A stretch of DNA of 64,000 nucleotides from Alphaproteobacteria bacterium (GCA_016699305.1 CP064970.1:1034066-1098065); one strand, 5' to 3'. Positions 47,486 through 57,306 are shown, counted from the stretch's first letter. Notes: generated from the sequence alone by a model not told the origin. Made by a program: numbers and translations.

Positions 47486-47628
47486 ATCGGCATCCCCGGC
47501 GCTGGCGCAAGTGTTTGACTCGCCTGCCCGTGCCGGTCTAGAAAGGTGTCCTTGCATAAGAGCCGCGCTCATCAGGGGCGCGGGGGGCTTGTGTGTTGTG
47601 TGTTCTGGTGTGTGGGAGAACAGGTATC

Positions 47629-47952
47629 ATGTACGCCATCGTCAAAACCGGCGGTCAGCAATTCAAGGTCAGCGAAGGCGATGTCCTGCGCGTGAACCGC
47701 AGACCCGAGGAACCCGGCTCCGCCGTGAAGATTGAAGAAGTTCTGATGCTGGGCAACGAGACCGGCCAAGTCAGCGTGGGCGCGCCCGTTGTGGCCGGTG
47801 CCAGCGTGTCGGCCACGGTCGAGGCGCATACGCGCGGCGCACGCATCTTGATCTTCAAAAAGCGTCGCCGCCAGAATTCGCGTCGCAAGAACGGCCATCG
47901 CCAGGATTACACGATGATCAAGATCACCGGCATCCAAGGCAAGGTCGCTTAA
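47629..47952 (+). CDS. rplU: 50S ribosomal protein L21
   Basis: The protein starts MYAIVKTGGQQFKVSEGDVLRV. Confidence 0.9.
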   Translation: MYAIVKTGGQQFKVSEGDVLRVNRRPEEPGSAVKIEEVLMLGNETGQVSVGAPVVAGASVSATVEAHTRGARILIFKKRRRQNSRRKNGHRQDYTMIKITGIQGKVA

Positions 47953-48012
47953 GAGAGTTAAACTTCGCATCCGGGCGATGCCTGGATCGGTCAATGGCAG
48001 GAGTTCAAGGGT

Positions 48013-48264
48013 ATGGCACATAAAAAAGCGGGCGGTTCATCGCGCAATGGACGCGACACGGCGGGCCGCCGTTTGGGTGTGAAGCTGTTCGGCGGTCAAA
48101 TGGCCGAAGCGGGCAATATTCTGGTGCGCCAGCGCGGCACGCCGTATAAGCCCGGCCTGAATGTCGGCGTGGGCAAGGATCACACCTTGTTCGCCATGGC
48201 CGATGGCCATGTGCGCTTCAGCAAAGGCTTTGCCGGCACCACCGTCTCGATCGAGACGGCCTAA
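48013..48264 (+). CDS. rpmA: 50S ribosomal protein L27
   Basis: The protein starts [29 protein letters not shown]. Confidence 0.9.
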   Translation: MAHKKAGGSSRNGRDTAGRRLGVKLFGGQMAEAGNILVRQRGTPYKPGLNVGVGKDHTLFAMADGHVRFSKGFAGTTVSIETA

Positions 48265-48298
48265 CATCGGGTTCATACGGGACACCGTCTCGTTTAAA

Positions 48299-48326
48299 AG
48301 GGGCCGCAAGGCCCCTTTTCTTTTCC
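48299..48326 (+). terminator. Rho-independent terminator after rpmA
   Basis: The sequence aaaaggggccgcaaggccccttttctttt has stem GGGGCC/GGCCCC, loop GCAA and a T-run. Confidence 0.65.
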
Positions 48327-48488
48327 CGCTGAGGGAGAGATGGGTAGCGCTATGCCGAGGGTCGTTGGAAGAAAGGATAAGCCTTTATGCGGCGCTTATA
48401 GGGGGCCGCGCTTTCATATTTTAAGAGATTGTTAAGATGTGAATGACATGGCTATATTCAATTGCCCTGCTTCCTATCGCAATAAGGA

Positions 48489-48959
48489 ATGGACGCCATG
48501 CTAAAAAAGACGATCATCGGTTTTATGCTGGCCCTGTTCGCAGGACCTCTCTCCGCTCATGCTGAAATGCCCGGACAGCCTTGCACCGCCGCGCAAATCG
48601 GCACAACGAAAATGGCCGATGACAAGCAAAATATCATCGCTTGCCTAGAAACGGGTAAAGCCGCCCCGGAGAACGTCCAAGAATGGAAAGCTATGACATC
48701 ATCAGGTGGTGGCGGATTAACGGGAGGGTGCACGTTAGCCTATAGGCCAGGTGACCGTAACAGGGTAGGTTCTTCATTATATGTCCAAGAATCTTGGGGA
48801 ATGGGCTGTAGAAAAAACGGCGCATCTGTAAGCATGCAAACAACGGTTCTCTATGGTAGCACCGCTTGCAATAGCCTGGCGGCTCAAGGGTACGAGTGCG
48901 GTATCTCTGAAAAAAAAGATGGATTGGAATCGACGGCATGCCTATGCGTGAAAAAGTAG
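48489..48959 (+). CDS. Small secreted Cys-containing protein (paralogue A)
   Basis: The signal peptide is MDAMLKKTIIGFMLALFAGPLSAHA. The first 68 aa and ~95 bp upstream are near-identical to the 49197..49865 gene. Confidence 0.6.
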   Translation: MDAMLKKTIIGFMLALFAGPLSAHAEMPGQPCTAAQIGTTKMADDKQNIIACLETGKAAPENVQEWKAMTSSGGGGLTGGCTLAYRPGDRNRVGSSLYVQESWGMGCRKNGASVSMQTTVLYGSTACNSLAAQGYECGISEKKDGLESTACLCVKK

Positions 48960-49196
48960 CTTTTTTCTCTAAGGGTTCTTGTTCGTCGCCTTTGCTGGCT
49001 TCCTCGTTGGGTGGGCATATATTCAGCGGGATACGTTGTGCGCTTTGTGTAAAGTAAGTTGGCAATACCGTTGATCACACGGGGTAACACCGGGGCGCGG
49101 CTCTTATAGGGGGCCGCGCTTTCATATTTTAAGAGATTGTTAAGATGTGAATGACATGGCTATATTCAATTGCCCTGCTTCCTATCGCAATAAGGA

Positions 49197-49865
49197 ATGG
49201 ACGCCATGCTGAAAAAGACGATCATCGGTTTTATGCTGGCCCTGTTCGCAGGACCTCTCTCCGCTCATGCTGAAATGCCCGGACAGCCTTGCACCGCCGC
49301 GCAAATCGGCACAACGAAAATGGCTGATGACAAGCAAAACATCATCGCTTGCCTCCTTACTGGCAAAACCGCCCCGGAAAATGTTCAGGAATGGAAAGAT
49401 ATGGCAAATACAGACAAAAATATATCTTACTCACTAACGTGTGAAGACTGGAAAGACTCTGGATTCAGTAGCAAGGATGCTTGTATCAAAGATGGTCGCT
49501 GGCATCTTGTTTATATAAACGATGATAATGGGAAAACGACATTTGGAAGTCTTAAAGAGTTTAAAAGCTATACCGATCAGGGGGCTGATGTAAAAAACAA
49601 CGATTACAATGGAGACAGTCATATTTGTCAGACTGTTGTGTGGAAAGGTAATCTAGTGCACTGCCTAGACGGCGTTCGTGTACAAGGTGAGGTATGGAGA
49701 AATGATCTCAAGTATAATGACAATAAGATTGGGCTGGGTGCTGTGGCACGCAGGTCTGATGGAGTAAGAGTATCTTCAAATGTTGTTCCAAGAAGTAATG
49801 GAGATTTAGAATTTGCTGTTTTCCCAACTCCGGGGATGGCGTTCAAATGGTTTGTAAGGTTTTAA
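49197..49865 (+). CDS. Small secreted protein (paralogue B; same leader and N-terminus, divergent C-terminus)
   Basis: A near-identical ~290-bp 5' region (49103-49400) is shared with 48395-48690. Confidence 0.6.
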   Translation: MDAMLKKTIIGFMLALFAGPLSAHAEMPGQPCTAAQIGTTKMADDKQNIIACLLTGKTAPENVQEWKDMANTDKNISYSLTCEDWKDSGFSSKDACIKDGRWHLVYINDDNGKTTFGSLKEFKSYTDQGADVKNNDYNGDSHICQTVVWKGNLVHCLDGVRVQGEVWRNDLKYNDNKIGLGAVARRSDGVRVSSNVVPRSNGDLEFAVFPTPGMAFKWFVRF

Positions 49866-49931
49866 ATAAAAGGTGTATCAAGGATATGGCGGTTACAATG
49901 CTGATGATCGCACAGGGTAAGGCTGTAGGGA

Positions 49932-50657
49932 ATGAGGCTGCTCATGAGGAATGCCATGATTGCTCTTGCGACGCTGCTGGTCGGTGTCAGTCTTGGTCTA
50001 CCTAGCTTTGCCGCAGCATGGGCTACCCCTGGCGCGGCTTGTACCCAAGAGGGCGCAAACGCTAACAGCGATGGCTTTCTCACCTGTACCGGCGGGGTCT
50101 GGGTATCCAATGCCGTCCTACTGGGTACGACATCCGCCACATGCGATTCCACAAAGGCCGGATATATCCGTTATACCGGCGGCCAATTTGAGGGCTGCAA
50201 TGGAACGGGGTGGATTTAGTTGGCGAGTAGTTCGCCCCTGAAAGTCTACAAGGCGGATGGCGTTACAGTATTGGGGACCTTGGTTGGTAGTTATGATAGA
50301 TCTTGCCAAGGTATTGTCTATGCAGACAGTAATGGGATTCTTAATAATCTTTCTATGGGCGCCTGCTATTCGACTGGTGGATATGCCAATGTGTTTTTCT
50401 CGGGATCAAACTGTACTGGAACTACCTATTTTGATGGCAACACCCCAACCAATAACCTTGGTTACTGCTGTACCGGATCAGCTTCTTGTACTACAAATAA
50501 ATGTGCGAGTGCGGGCTATGTAACTTCACTTGGTTATGTGCCATATGGAAGCTTCCGAAATAGTGCGGGGGCTTGCACTAATAATTCGTCCACAGTTTAT
50601 CCCATGGCAACAGTTACGCCTTGCAGTGATAACGGCACTCCCTGCGTCGTGAAATAA
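49932..50657 (+). pseudogene. Secreted Cys-rich protein interrupted by a single in-frame TAG (50217-50219)
   Basis: ORFs 49932..50219 and 50220..50657 are in the same frame and separated only by TAG. The first carries the signal peptide (MRLLMRNAMIALATLLVGVSLGLPSFAAAWA). Both halves are Cys-, Gly- and Thr-rich. Confidence 0.5.
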
Positions 50658-50734
50658 GCAACCTTACCGATTTCTTTCCGGTTTAGTTTTTGTGTTCGTA
50701 GCGTCTGCCGACATCCTTGTTATCCTGCCGAACC

Positions 50735-50990
50735 ATCTTTTGACTTTTGCGTTTTAACGGGCCGTGGATGGCCTGAAAGAGGCTGAATCGCAGACTCTTT
50801 TCTGAAATCCCGCACCATCGGCCAGGTCAGGAGATGGACTCCCGCCTTCGCGGGAGTGACTCACGAGGAGAGAAAGGCGCACAACAAACCATGCCGCGCT
50901 CATTGAAGCATCACCCTCTCAACTTGGTCATGCTCGCGCATGCGGGCATCCATCACCTGTCATTCACGCTGGTGCTGAATCGCAGAATCC
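50735..50990 (+). repeat. ~260-bp MITE-like repeat element, copy 1
   Basis: It is about 93% identical to 54473-54730. Internal palindromes are gactcccgccttcgcgggagtgactc and gc(g/c)cgcgca(g/t)gcgggc. The motif gctgaatcgcaga recurs near both ends. Confidence 0.7.
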
Positions 50991-51203
50991 TTCATCTCAA
51001 TCACAGCGGGCCGCTTCATAGGCCTTTGTGAACCGCGCCTAAATATGGGATCACGGAAATATGACGAGCGGCGAGCGCTGAAGGGAAATCCACCCACGCG
51101 CCTTGACGCTCGGGGATAATATTCCATTTTTCTCCTGAAAGAGCTGGGAAAGTCCATCTCTTACGCCCATGATCTTCTCATGCGCCATAAAAAGGATCGC
51201 CCC

Positions 51204-51713
51204 ATGCCCGCCGCCGTCAAGCCCGAAGCCCAAGATGCCGCCGCGCCCTTTGTGGGAGATAAAGCCCCCGATTTCACATTGCCCGCTTTGGGCGCGGCGA
51301 CCGATACGGTGCGACTGCGCGACCTGCTGGATCATTGGGTGGTGCTGTATTTCTACCCCAAGGACAACACATCCGGCTGCACGGTCGAAGCCTGCGATTT
51401 TCGCGACTCCTTCGCCACTCTCAAGCGCGCAGGGGCGTTGGTTGTGGGCGTGTCGCGCGATAGCCTGAAAAGCCATCAATCCTTCCAAACCAAACACGAT
51501 CTGCCCTTCATCCTGGCCGCCGATGAAGACGGCGCGACCTGCCAAGCCTATGGCGTCTGGGTCGGCAAGAGCATGTATGGCCGTTCCTATATGGGGATCG
51601 AGCGCAGCACTTTCCTAATCGATCCCAAAGGCCGCATCCACCACCTCTGGCGCAAAGTCAAAATCCCCGGACATGTGCAAGACGTGTTGGAGGTGATGAA
51701 TAAGGGGAAGTAA
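51204..51713 (+). CDS. bcp: Thiol peroxidase Bcp (peroxiredoxin)
   Basis: The peroxiredoxin motif is YFYPKDNTSGCTVEAC. Confidence 0.8.
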   Translation: MPAAVKPEAQDAAAPFVGDKAPDFTLPALGAATDTVRLRDLLDHWVVLYFYPKDNTSGCTVEACDFRDSFATLKRAGALVVGVSRDSLKSHQSFQTKHDLPFILAADEDGATCQAYGVWVGKSMYGRSYMGIERSTFLIDPKGRIHHLWRKVKIPGHVQDVLEVMNKGK

Positions 51714-51777
51714 GACCCTAAAAGAAGAAGGGCCGCGCTTTCCGCACGGCCCCGTCTTTTTCCCGAACGCCTAATCG

Positions 51778-53115
51778 TTAGGCGGGCACAGGCGGAGTCA
51801 GTATGGGCGGCAAACCGCGTTCCTTGCTTGGCCGCACGGCCCAAGCACGAGAGGCCGGCTGAGGCGCGGGCGGCGCATCCGTGACGTCCTTGATCAAGGC
51901 CACACGTTTCTTCAGTTCGTCGCCTTGATATCTCTGTGCCAACTGTCCTTCCATCATCTTGCGCATGGTGGCGCGTTCGATATCACTGCCACGCAGATCA
52001 ACACTGCGGCTACCTCCGACAGTCCATGTGTCGAAACGGTCCACCACATACCCCACCATCAATTTCAGGGCATGATCTCTGATCTCGCGCGGGTATTCAG
52101 GCTCACCTTCGGGCGAAGGAAGCAAATCCAGGCTTTGATAGCCATTGGCCCCAAAACTGTGTTGCAGCACCGCCATTTTCGATTGGGACAAGCCAGGGGA
52201 CTCGCTTTGAATCCTCACATGAATGGCCGTGTTGTGGGGCTTGGGATCGGCCAGATCCAACGTATAGAAACACGATTGATCAAAAGGAACCGTCGAATAG
52301 CCGGGCGGCGTTTCTTGCATGATAGAACCGATGACTGTGGCCCATGTCTCATGCGTTGCCCGATGAGCCTGCCATTCCGGCGCGGACGGATTCCCATGAT
52401 ATGGCGGGTTACGCAAATAACCGCCGTTCAAAGAATTGGCCCCCAAAGGCCCCGATATTCCTGGTTGAGCCCCTGGCGAAGAAGAAGATGCGCCGATACC
52501 TGCTTGCGACGCCGGTCGCGTATGTGGTGTGGGCGCGGCGGCGTTCTGATGCGGAACTGCAGGCGAGAGCATCGACGACAACGCCTCATCAATCAGTTTG
52601 TACGCATCTTCAACATTTGAATGCGCTCCCCAAGACTGCCGCAGCTGGGCTAGGCGAGCCATGACTCTGGCATAAGCCGACAATTTCTTCGTCGGATCCG
52701 CATTTGCTGGCGCTTTAATCTCACGAAGGGCAGTGAGCAGGTCACTCACTTGCTGGTTAAAGTCATGATGCGGACCGCCAGGCTGCTTGTCTTGCTGGGG
52801 AATGGCATCCCGTACCGCAACCAAGGATTCCATGACTGTTTTCATGGTTTCTTTTCTTTGTTCGGCAGACCCACTCGCCCCAAACGCCATCAGACTCCGC
52901 ATTCTGGTCATTTGCGTCTTTTGAAAGAGCGGATAATCATGAATGTGGTGGAATTGAAAATTCCGTGTCAGCCGCTTGGTAAGAGCTGTGTGCACCTTAT
53001 CACGCATCGAATGGGGATCGATGCTGCGGTCAAGCATCTCTTGGTATTCCCTGTGGGCCGCATCCGCATCTGTCGCGGCCAAGCGCATCAGCGCTGCAAT
53101 ATCAGTCCGTGCCAT
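51778..53115 (-). CDS. Hypothetical Pro/Gly/Ser-rich protein
   Basis: This is a 445-aa ORF with no recognisable motif. A bidirectional terminator-like hairpin lies at 51727-51765, between it and bcp. Confidence 0.45.
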   Translation of the reverse strand: MARTDIAALMRLAATDADAAHREYQEMLDRSIDPHSMRDKVHTALTKRLTRNFQFHHIHDYPLFQKTQMTRMRSLMAFGASGSAEQRKETMKTVMESLVAVRDAIPQQDKQPGGPHHDFNQQVSDLLTALREIKAPANADPTKKLSAYARVMARLAQLRQSWGAHSNVEDAYKLIDEALSSMLSPAVPHQNAAAPTPHTRPASQAGIGASSSSPGAQPGISGPLGANSLNGGYLRNPPYHGNPSAPEWQAHRATHETWATVIGSIMQETPPGYSTVPFDQSCFYTLDLADPKPHNTAIHVRIQSESPGLSQSKMAVLQHSFGANGYQSLDLLPSPEGEPEYPREIRDHALKLMVGYVVDRFDTWTVGGSRSVDLRGSDIERATMRKMMEGQLAQRYQGDELKKRVALIKDVTDAPPAPQPASRAWAVRPSKERGLPPILTPPVPA

Positions 53116-53420
53116 TCTCTGTCTCCTTAATAGCTAAACTCGATCTATTTCTGAATAAGTATCAAAACGCTTTCCGAGCGTTCTTGATGTGGATATTACT
53201 CGCGCTTCCAACACCTATCAAGCGTCAAATACTTTCGATTTTATCCCTTTCTTTCAGTCCCAGGAGTTATGATGATCTGTAATTTTACAAATATAATCAT
53301 ATATTTATTTGTTCATTCATCATAAAAACACGGCAACGATCATCATCATTCCTTAGCCTTTCTTGACTAACATCACGGAGACTGCGTGACCTGTCCGTTC
53401 TTGCGGGGAAGGAGGCGGAA

Positions 53421-54230
53421 ATGTGGAAGGCTGTGGCGTTGGGATTGGCGCTGATTTGGGGCGCAGGCGCGGCATCCGCCGCTGAATCTTGGCCGCCGGG
53501 CAGTGCCTGGCTGTTGGGGCAAGCCAGGAAACAACCCGATTTCGCCCAGGCGGAAAGACTGCATCCCAACTTCTATCCGACGCGCGACGGACAAAGTTTT
53601 ATCGTGGTCTGGCAGCCTCAGCGCGAAGCACCCAAAAAGTGGATCGTCTCGCTGCCCGGCACGGGAGGCTTCGCGACCAAGGATTTATCCATCTGGTATC
53701 CGCATCTTCAGGGCCGGAATGTCGGCGTGGTGAATGTGCAATGGTGGCTGGGACGCGGCGACCGGACCGAAGATTATTACACCCCGTCCCAAATATACCG
53801 CGAGATCGACTTGATCCTGGCGCGGCTGGGAGTCGCCCCAGGATCGGCCCTGTTGCACGGTTTCAGCCGGGGTTCGGCCAATATCTATGCCGTGGCGGCA
53901 TTGGATCGGACGAAAGGGCACCAATATTTCTCGACCATCATCGCCCATTCAGGCAGCGCCAATGAGGGCTATCCCCCCACGCAAGAAATCGTCCGGGGAG
54001 CCTATGGCGCACGTCCCTTTGCCGGAACCCGCTGGATCACCGTCTGCGGCGAGCGCGATTCCAACCCCGAACGCGATGGCTGCCCCGCCATGCGCCGCAC
54101 CGGCACATGGATCAAAGGTCTGGGCGGGACGATCGGCCTAGCCATCGAAGACCCGGAATACGGACATGGCGCGTTGCACCTGAACCCCATCAATGCCCGC
54201 AAGGCACTGGACGATTTCCTGGGACGATAG
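53421..54230 (+). CDS. Secreted alpha/beta-hydrolase (esterase/depolymerase-like)
   Basis: A signal peptide is present. The nucleophile elbow is GFSRGS. An Asp and a His lie downstream. Confidence 0.55.
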   Translation: MWKAVALGLALIWGAGAASAAESWPPGSAWLLGQARKQPDFAQAERLHPNFYPTRDGQSFIVVWQPQREAPKKWIVSLPGTGGFATKDLSIWYPHLQGRNVGVVNVQWWLGRGDRTEDYYTPSQIYREIDLILARLGVAPGSALLHGFSRGSANIYAVAALDRTKGHQYFSTIIAHSGSANEGYPPTQEIVRGAYGARPFAGTRWITVCGERDSNPERDGCPAMRRTGTWIKGLGGTIGLAIEDPEYGHGALHLNPINARKALDDFLGR

Positions 54231-54251
54231 GCTTGCTTTACGCCCTATCCG

Positions 54252-54437
54252 GCTGACCACAGCCCCACGCCAGCGCGGACTTGGCGCATCGTGGCCTCGG
54301 CTTCGGTGGCGGCCAGCTCGGTATGCTGCTTGACGCTGCTTTGCGCGAACAACACGCAGTGCGCGGGGTCGATCCCCGCCGCGATATAGGCCGCCGCGAT
54401 TTCGCGCGTATTGGTCGCCAAGTTTCCCGCATGTTCG
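54252..54437 (-). pseudogene. Internally deleted, 5'-truncated duplicate of trpS
   Basis: Bases 54252-54321 match trpS 56258-56327, with 2 mismatches. Bases 54314-54437 match trpS 56986-57109 at 100%. The junction is at an 8-bp direct repeat, cagctcgg, that occurs at both deletion endpoints in intact trpS. Confidence 0.8.
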
Positions 54438-54472
54438 AGGTAGAGGTGGTTCAGCCTTCCTCCTGGAGACCG

Positions 54473-54730
54473 TCTTTTGACTTTTGCGTTTTAACGGGCT
54501 GTGGATGGCCTGAAAGAGGCTGAATCGCAGACTCTTTTCTGAAATCCCGCACCATCGGCCAGGTCAGGAGATGGACTCCCGCCTTCGCGGGAGTGACTCA
54601 CGAGGAGAGAAAGGCGCACAACAAACCATGCCGCGCTCATTGAAGCATCACCCTCTCATTTTAGTCATGCCCGCGCAGGCGGGCATCCATCACCCGTCGT
54701 TTACGCTGACGCTGAATCACAGACTCTTAC
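54473..54730 (+). repeat. ~260-bp MITE-like repeat element, copy 2
   Basis: See copy 1. It lies immediately next to the trpS remnant. Confidence 0.7.
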
Positions 54731-54822
54731 CCAACAACGGCGGATGGAGCCTTTTCATAGATTTCCACAAACAGCGCCGAAATAGAGGCATAAAGCGGCA
54801 GGCCGCTTTCGTGGGTTTCCTG

Positions 54823-56073
54823 CTAAATTCTAGGGGTATCTGATGCTCTTTGCTCGTGGCTTTGATTTGGTCTGACCGCTTTCGGATTCGCGTTAAGATG
54901 CTTTTCAAGCAGGGGGAAAGCCCCTTTAAACCACAGCCCCAGCCTTGCATAGACATCTTCTTGCCCAAGCGGTGGCTTGGCGTGGACCGCGAGCACCAAC
55001 TGACCCATGGTAGGATTAGCCCCGGCCAATCGGGGGAATATCTCCCGCCATTTAACGTATTCTTCCTTGTCCCACAATTTACGCGTTTGTTCTTTGCGCC
55101 TGGCTAACTGTTCTTTTACTGGCAAATCCTGCGGTATCTGGTCGAATATTAATCTCTGCTCGTGATAGAAATCGGGATGCAGGTTCAGCTGGAACCAGTT
55201 CATCGTGCACGTCGCCGCGATAACCTCGTGGATATACTGCCGTACGGCGGCGCATTTCTCGGGCACCTCCAAGAATTCTTCCAAACGGTTGGCGATATCC
55301 GCATCGCAGATGCCCGGGACCCTAAGCCGGGATTCCATCGTCGGCCCCATGCCGCCCGAGTTATAATCGTCATAGGCCATAAAACCACCAAGGCCGAGAT
55401 CGTGATTGCGCTGCGACCAAGGAACATCGCTGCCGGGCCCATGATCAGGGAAGGGAGGCAGATAGCTGCCCAGCGGCAAGACTAATTCTAGGTCCGGCCA
55501 TTTGCCTAACGCGACTCCATAGCGAAATCCGCTAGGCAAGACGCGTTCGGACGGATCCTCGCGCCCTAGGAATAACCTGTTACATTTTCCTTCAACACTT
55601 CTTTTCCGCGTCATCCAAGCGGCTTCATGAGCCAGCAAGTCGTGCACGATCCCATCGATCCATTCCGCGCGCTTGGGCGACCTTTCGGCGACATCCTTAA
55701 GGGCCGCCGCACGGATTGATAAGTTGCTTTCGATGACGTCCTTGGGCATCGGCCAGTCGGAGCGACGCAGGGCGCGAAGATTTGCTCGGCCATCTTTTTT
55801 CCAATGAATGGGAACGATTTTCTCGATCATCGCCTCGCCCAGATGATGCCGTAAATGTTCAACGAAATGCTCCACTATCATGGGAGGCAGATCTATGTCC
55901 AAGTCAAGATCCCCGTAAGAATCCATTTTCCATGCGCATGGATCGACATCCTTGCCTGCGCTGGCCCGCATTCTGGACAGCTGAGATTCAAACATGATGG
56001 CGGGACCAAAAACCCTTATCAGCCATTCTGTGGCTTGCTCAAAAGTGTGTTGGTGGCGATCATCTTGTGTCAT
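54823..56073 (-). CDS. Hypothetical cytoplasmic protein, 416 aa
   Basis: The ORF is clean and there are no motifs. It lies between the trpS remnant/MITE and intact trpS. Confidence 0.5.
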   Translation of the reverse strand: MTQDDRHQHTFEQATEWLIRVFGPAIMFESQLSRMRASAGKDVDPCAWKMDSYGDLDLDIDLPPMIVEHFVEHLRHHLGEAMIEKIVPIHWKKDGRANLRALRRSDWPMPKDVIESNLSIRAAALKDVAERSPKRAEWIDGIVHDLLAHEAAWMTRKRSVEGKCNRLFLGREDPSERVLPSGFRYGVALGKWPDLELVLPLGSYLPPFPDHGPGSDVPWSQRNHDLGLGGFMAYDDYNSGGMGPTMESRLRVPGICDADIANRLEEFLEVPEKCAAVRQYIHEVIAATCTMNWFQLNLHPDFYHEQRLIFDQIPQDLPVKEQLARRKEQTRKLWDKEEYVKWREIFPRLAGANPTMGQLVLAVHAKPPLGQEDVYARLGLWFKGAFPLLEKHLNANPKAVRPNQSHEQRASDTPRI

Positions 56074-56247
56074 CGCGTTCTCTCCAAGACAAGAAACACC
56101 GGCGATACGTATCGTATTAGCTCAGCCGTCTGATAAGGTAAACAGTCTTCCCTCTATAGCGATGGGTCAGGCCAGAAGAACCATCCTCCAGCTACGGCCC
56201 AACTCGGCCCTACATCCCGAACGCGAGGCCAGCCCATTCTTTCTTGA

Positions 56248-57264
56248 TCAGTCCCCCGCTGACCACAATCCCACGCCAGCGCGGACTTGGCGCATCGTGG
56301 CCTCGGCTTCGGTGGCGGCCAGCTCGGCGCTGCGGGATAGGATGGCGTCTAGATGCGCGGCATCGGACATCAAGCGGCGCATATCGGCGGTGATCGGGGC
56401 CATTTGCGCCACGGTCAGATCCGCCAGTTTCTCCTTGAAGGTGGAAAAAGACGCGCCCGCATACTCGGCCAACACCGCCTCGCGCGATGTATCGGCAAGG
56501 GCGGCGTAGATCGATATCAGATTGTCGGCTTCGGGGCGCGATTCCAACTCCGCCAGCGTGGCGGGCAGCGGGTGCGGATCGGTCTTGGCCTTGCGGATCT
56601 TCAAGGCGATGGCATCGGCGTCATCGGTCAGGTTGATGCGCGAATAATCGGACTCGTCCGATTTGCTCATTTTCTTGGTGCCGTCGCGCAGCGACATCAC
56701 TCGCGCGGCCTGGCCCTGGATCACCGGCTCGGGCAAGGGGAAAATCTCGGTCCCGAAGGCGCGATTGAACGCGCCCGCGATATCACGCGCCAATTCCACA
56801 TGCTGCTTTTGATCGTCGCCCGTGGGCACATGGGTGGCCTTGTACATCAAGATATCGGCGGCCATCAGCACCGGATAGGCGTATAGGCCCAGCCCCGCTT
56901 GCTCTTTGTGTTTGCCCGCTTTGTCCTTGAACTGCGTCATGCGGTTCAGCCATCCCATGGGCGTGATGCAGGAAAATATCCAGCCCAGCTCGGTATGCTG
57001 CTTGACGCTGCTTTGCGCGAACAACACGCAGTGCGCGGGGTCGATCCCCGCCGCGATATAGGCCGCCGCGATTTCGCGCGTATTGGTCGCCAAGTTTCCC
57101 GCATGTTCGGGCGTGGTCAGGCCATGTAGATCCGCGATGAACAGGAAATTTTGCGCTTGGCTTTGCATACGAACCCAGGGCTTTAAGGCCCCCAGATAAT
57201 TCCCCAAATGCAATCCCGACCCCGTGGCGCGAATACCGGAAACGATGCGTTTTTGCGTGGTCAT
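56248..57264 (-). CDS. trpS: Tryptophan--tRNA ligase
   Basis: The HIGH-type motif is GSGLHLGNYLG. The KMSKS motif is present. Confidence 0.9.
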   Translation of the reverse strand: MTTQKRIVSGIRATGSGLHLGNYLGALKPWVRMQSQAQNFLFIADLHGLTTPEHAGNLATNTREIAAAYIAAGIDPAHCVLFAQSSVKQHTELGWIFSCITPMGWLNRMTQFKDKAGKHKEQAGLGLYAYPVLMAADILMYKATHVPTGDDQKQHVELARDIAGAFNRAFGTEIFPLPEPVIQGQAARVMSLRDGTKKMSKSDESDYSRINLTDDADAIALKIRKAKTDPHPLPATLAELESRPEADNLISIYAALADTSREAVLAEYAGASFSTFKEKLADLTVAQMAPITADMRRLMSDAAHLDAILSRSAELAATEAEATMRQVRAGVGLWSAGD

Positions 57265-57306
57265 GTGCCGAATCCCTTATGTTTGGGTTATGTGCCGTAA
57301 AGAGCT

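Noticed and set aside
50834-51031. 65-aa ORF (and its twin 54571..54843) starting MDSRLRGSDSRGEKGAQQTMPRSLKHHPL
   Set aside because: It is embedded in the MITE-like repeat. The conservation is due to the repeat DNA, with no coding signal.
54238-54523. Small ORFs 54238..54432 (-) and 54281..54523 (+), and the twin 56899..57129 (+)
   Set aside because: They fall inside the trpS remnant or its intact counterpart. They are out-of-frame by-products of the duplicated sequence.
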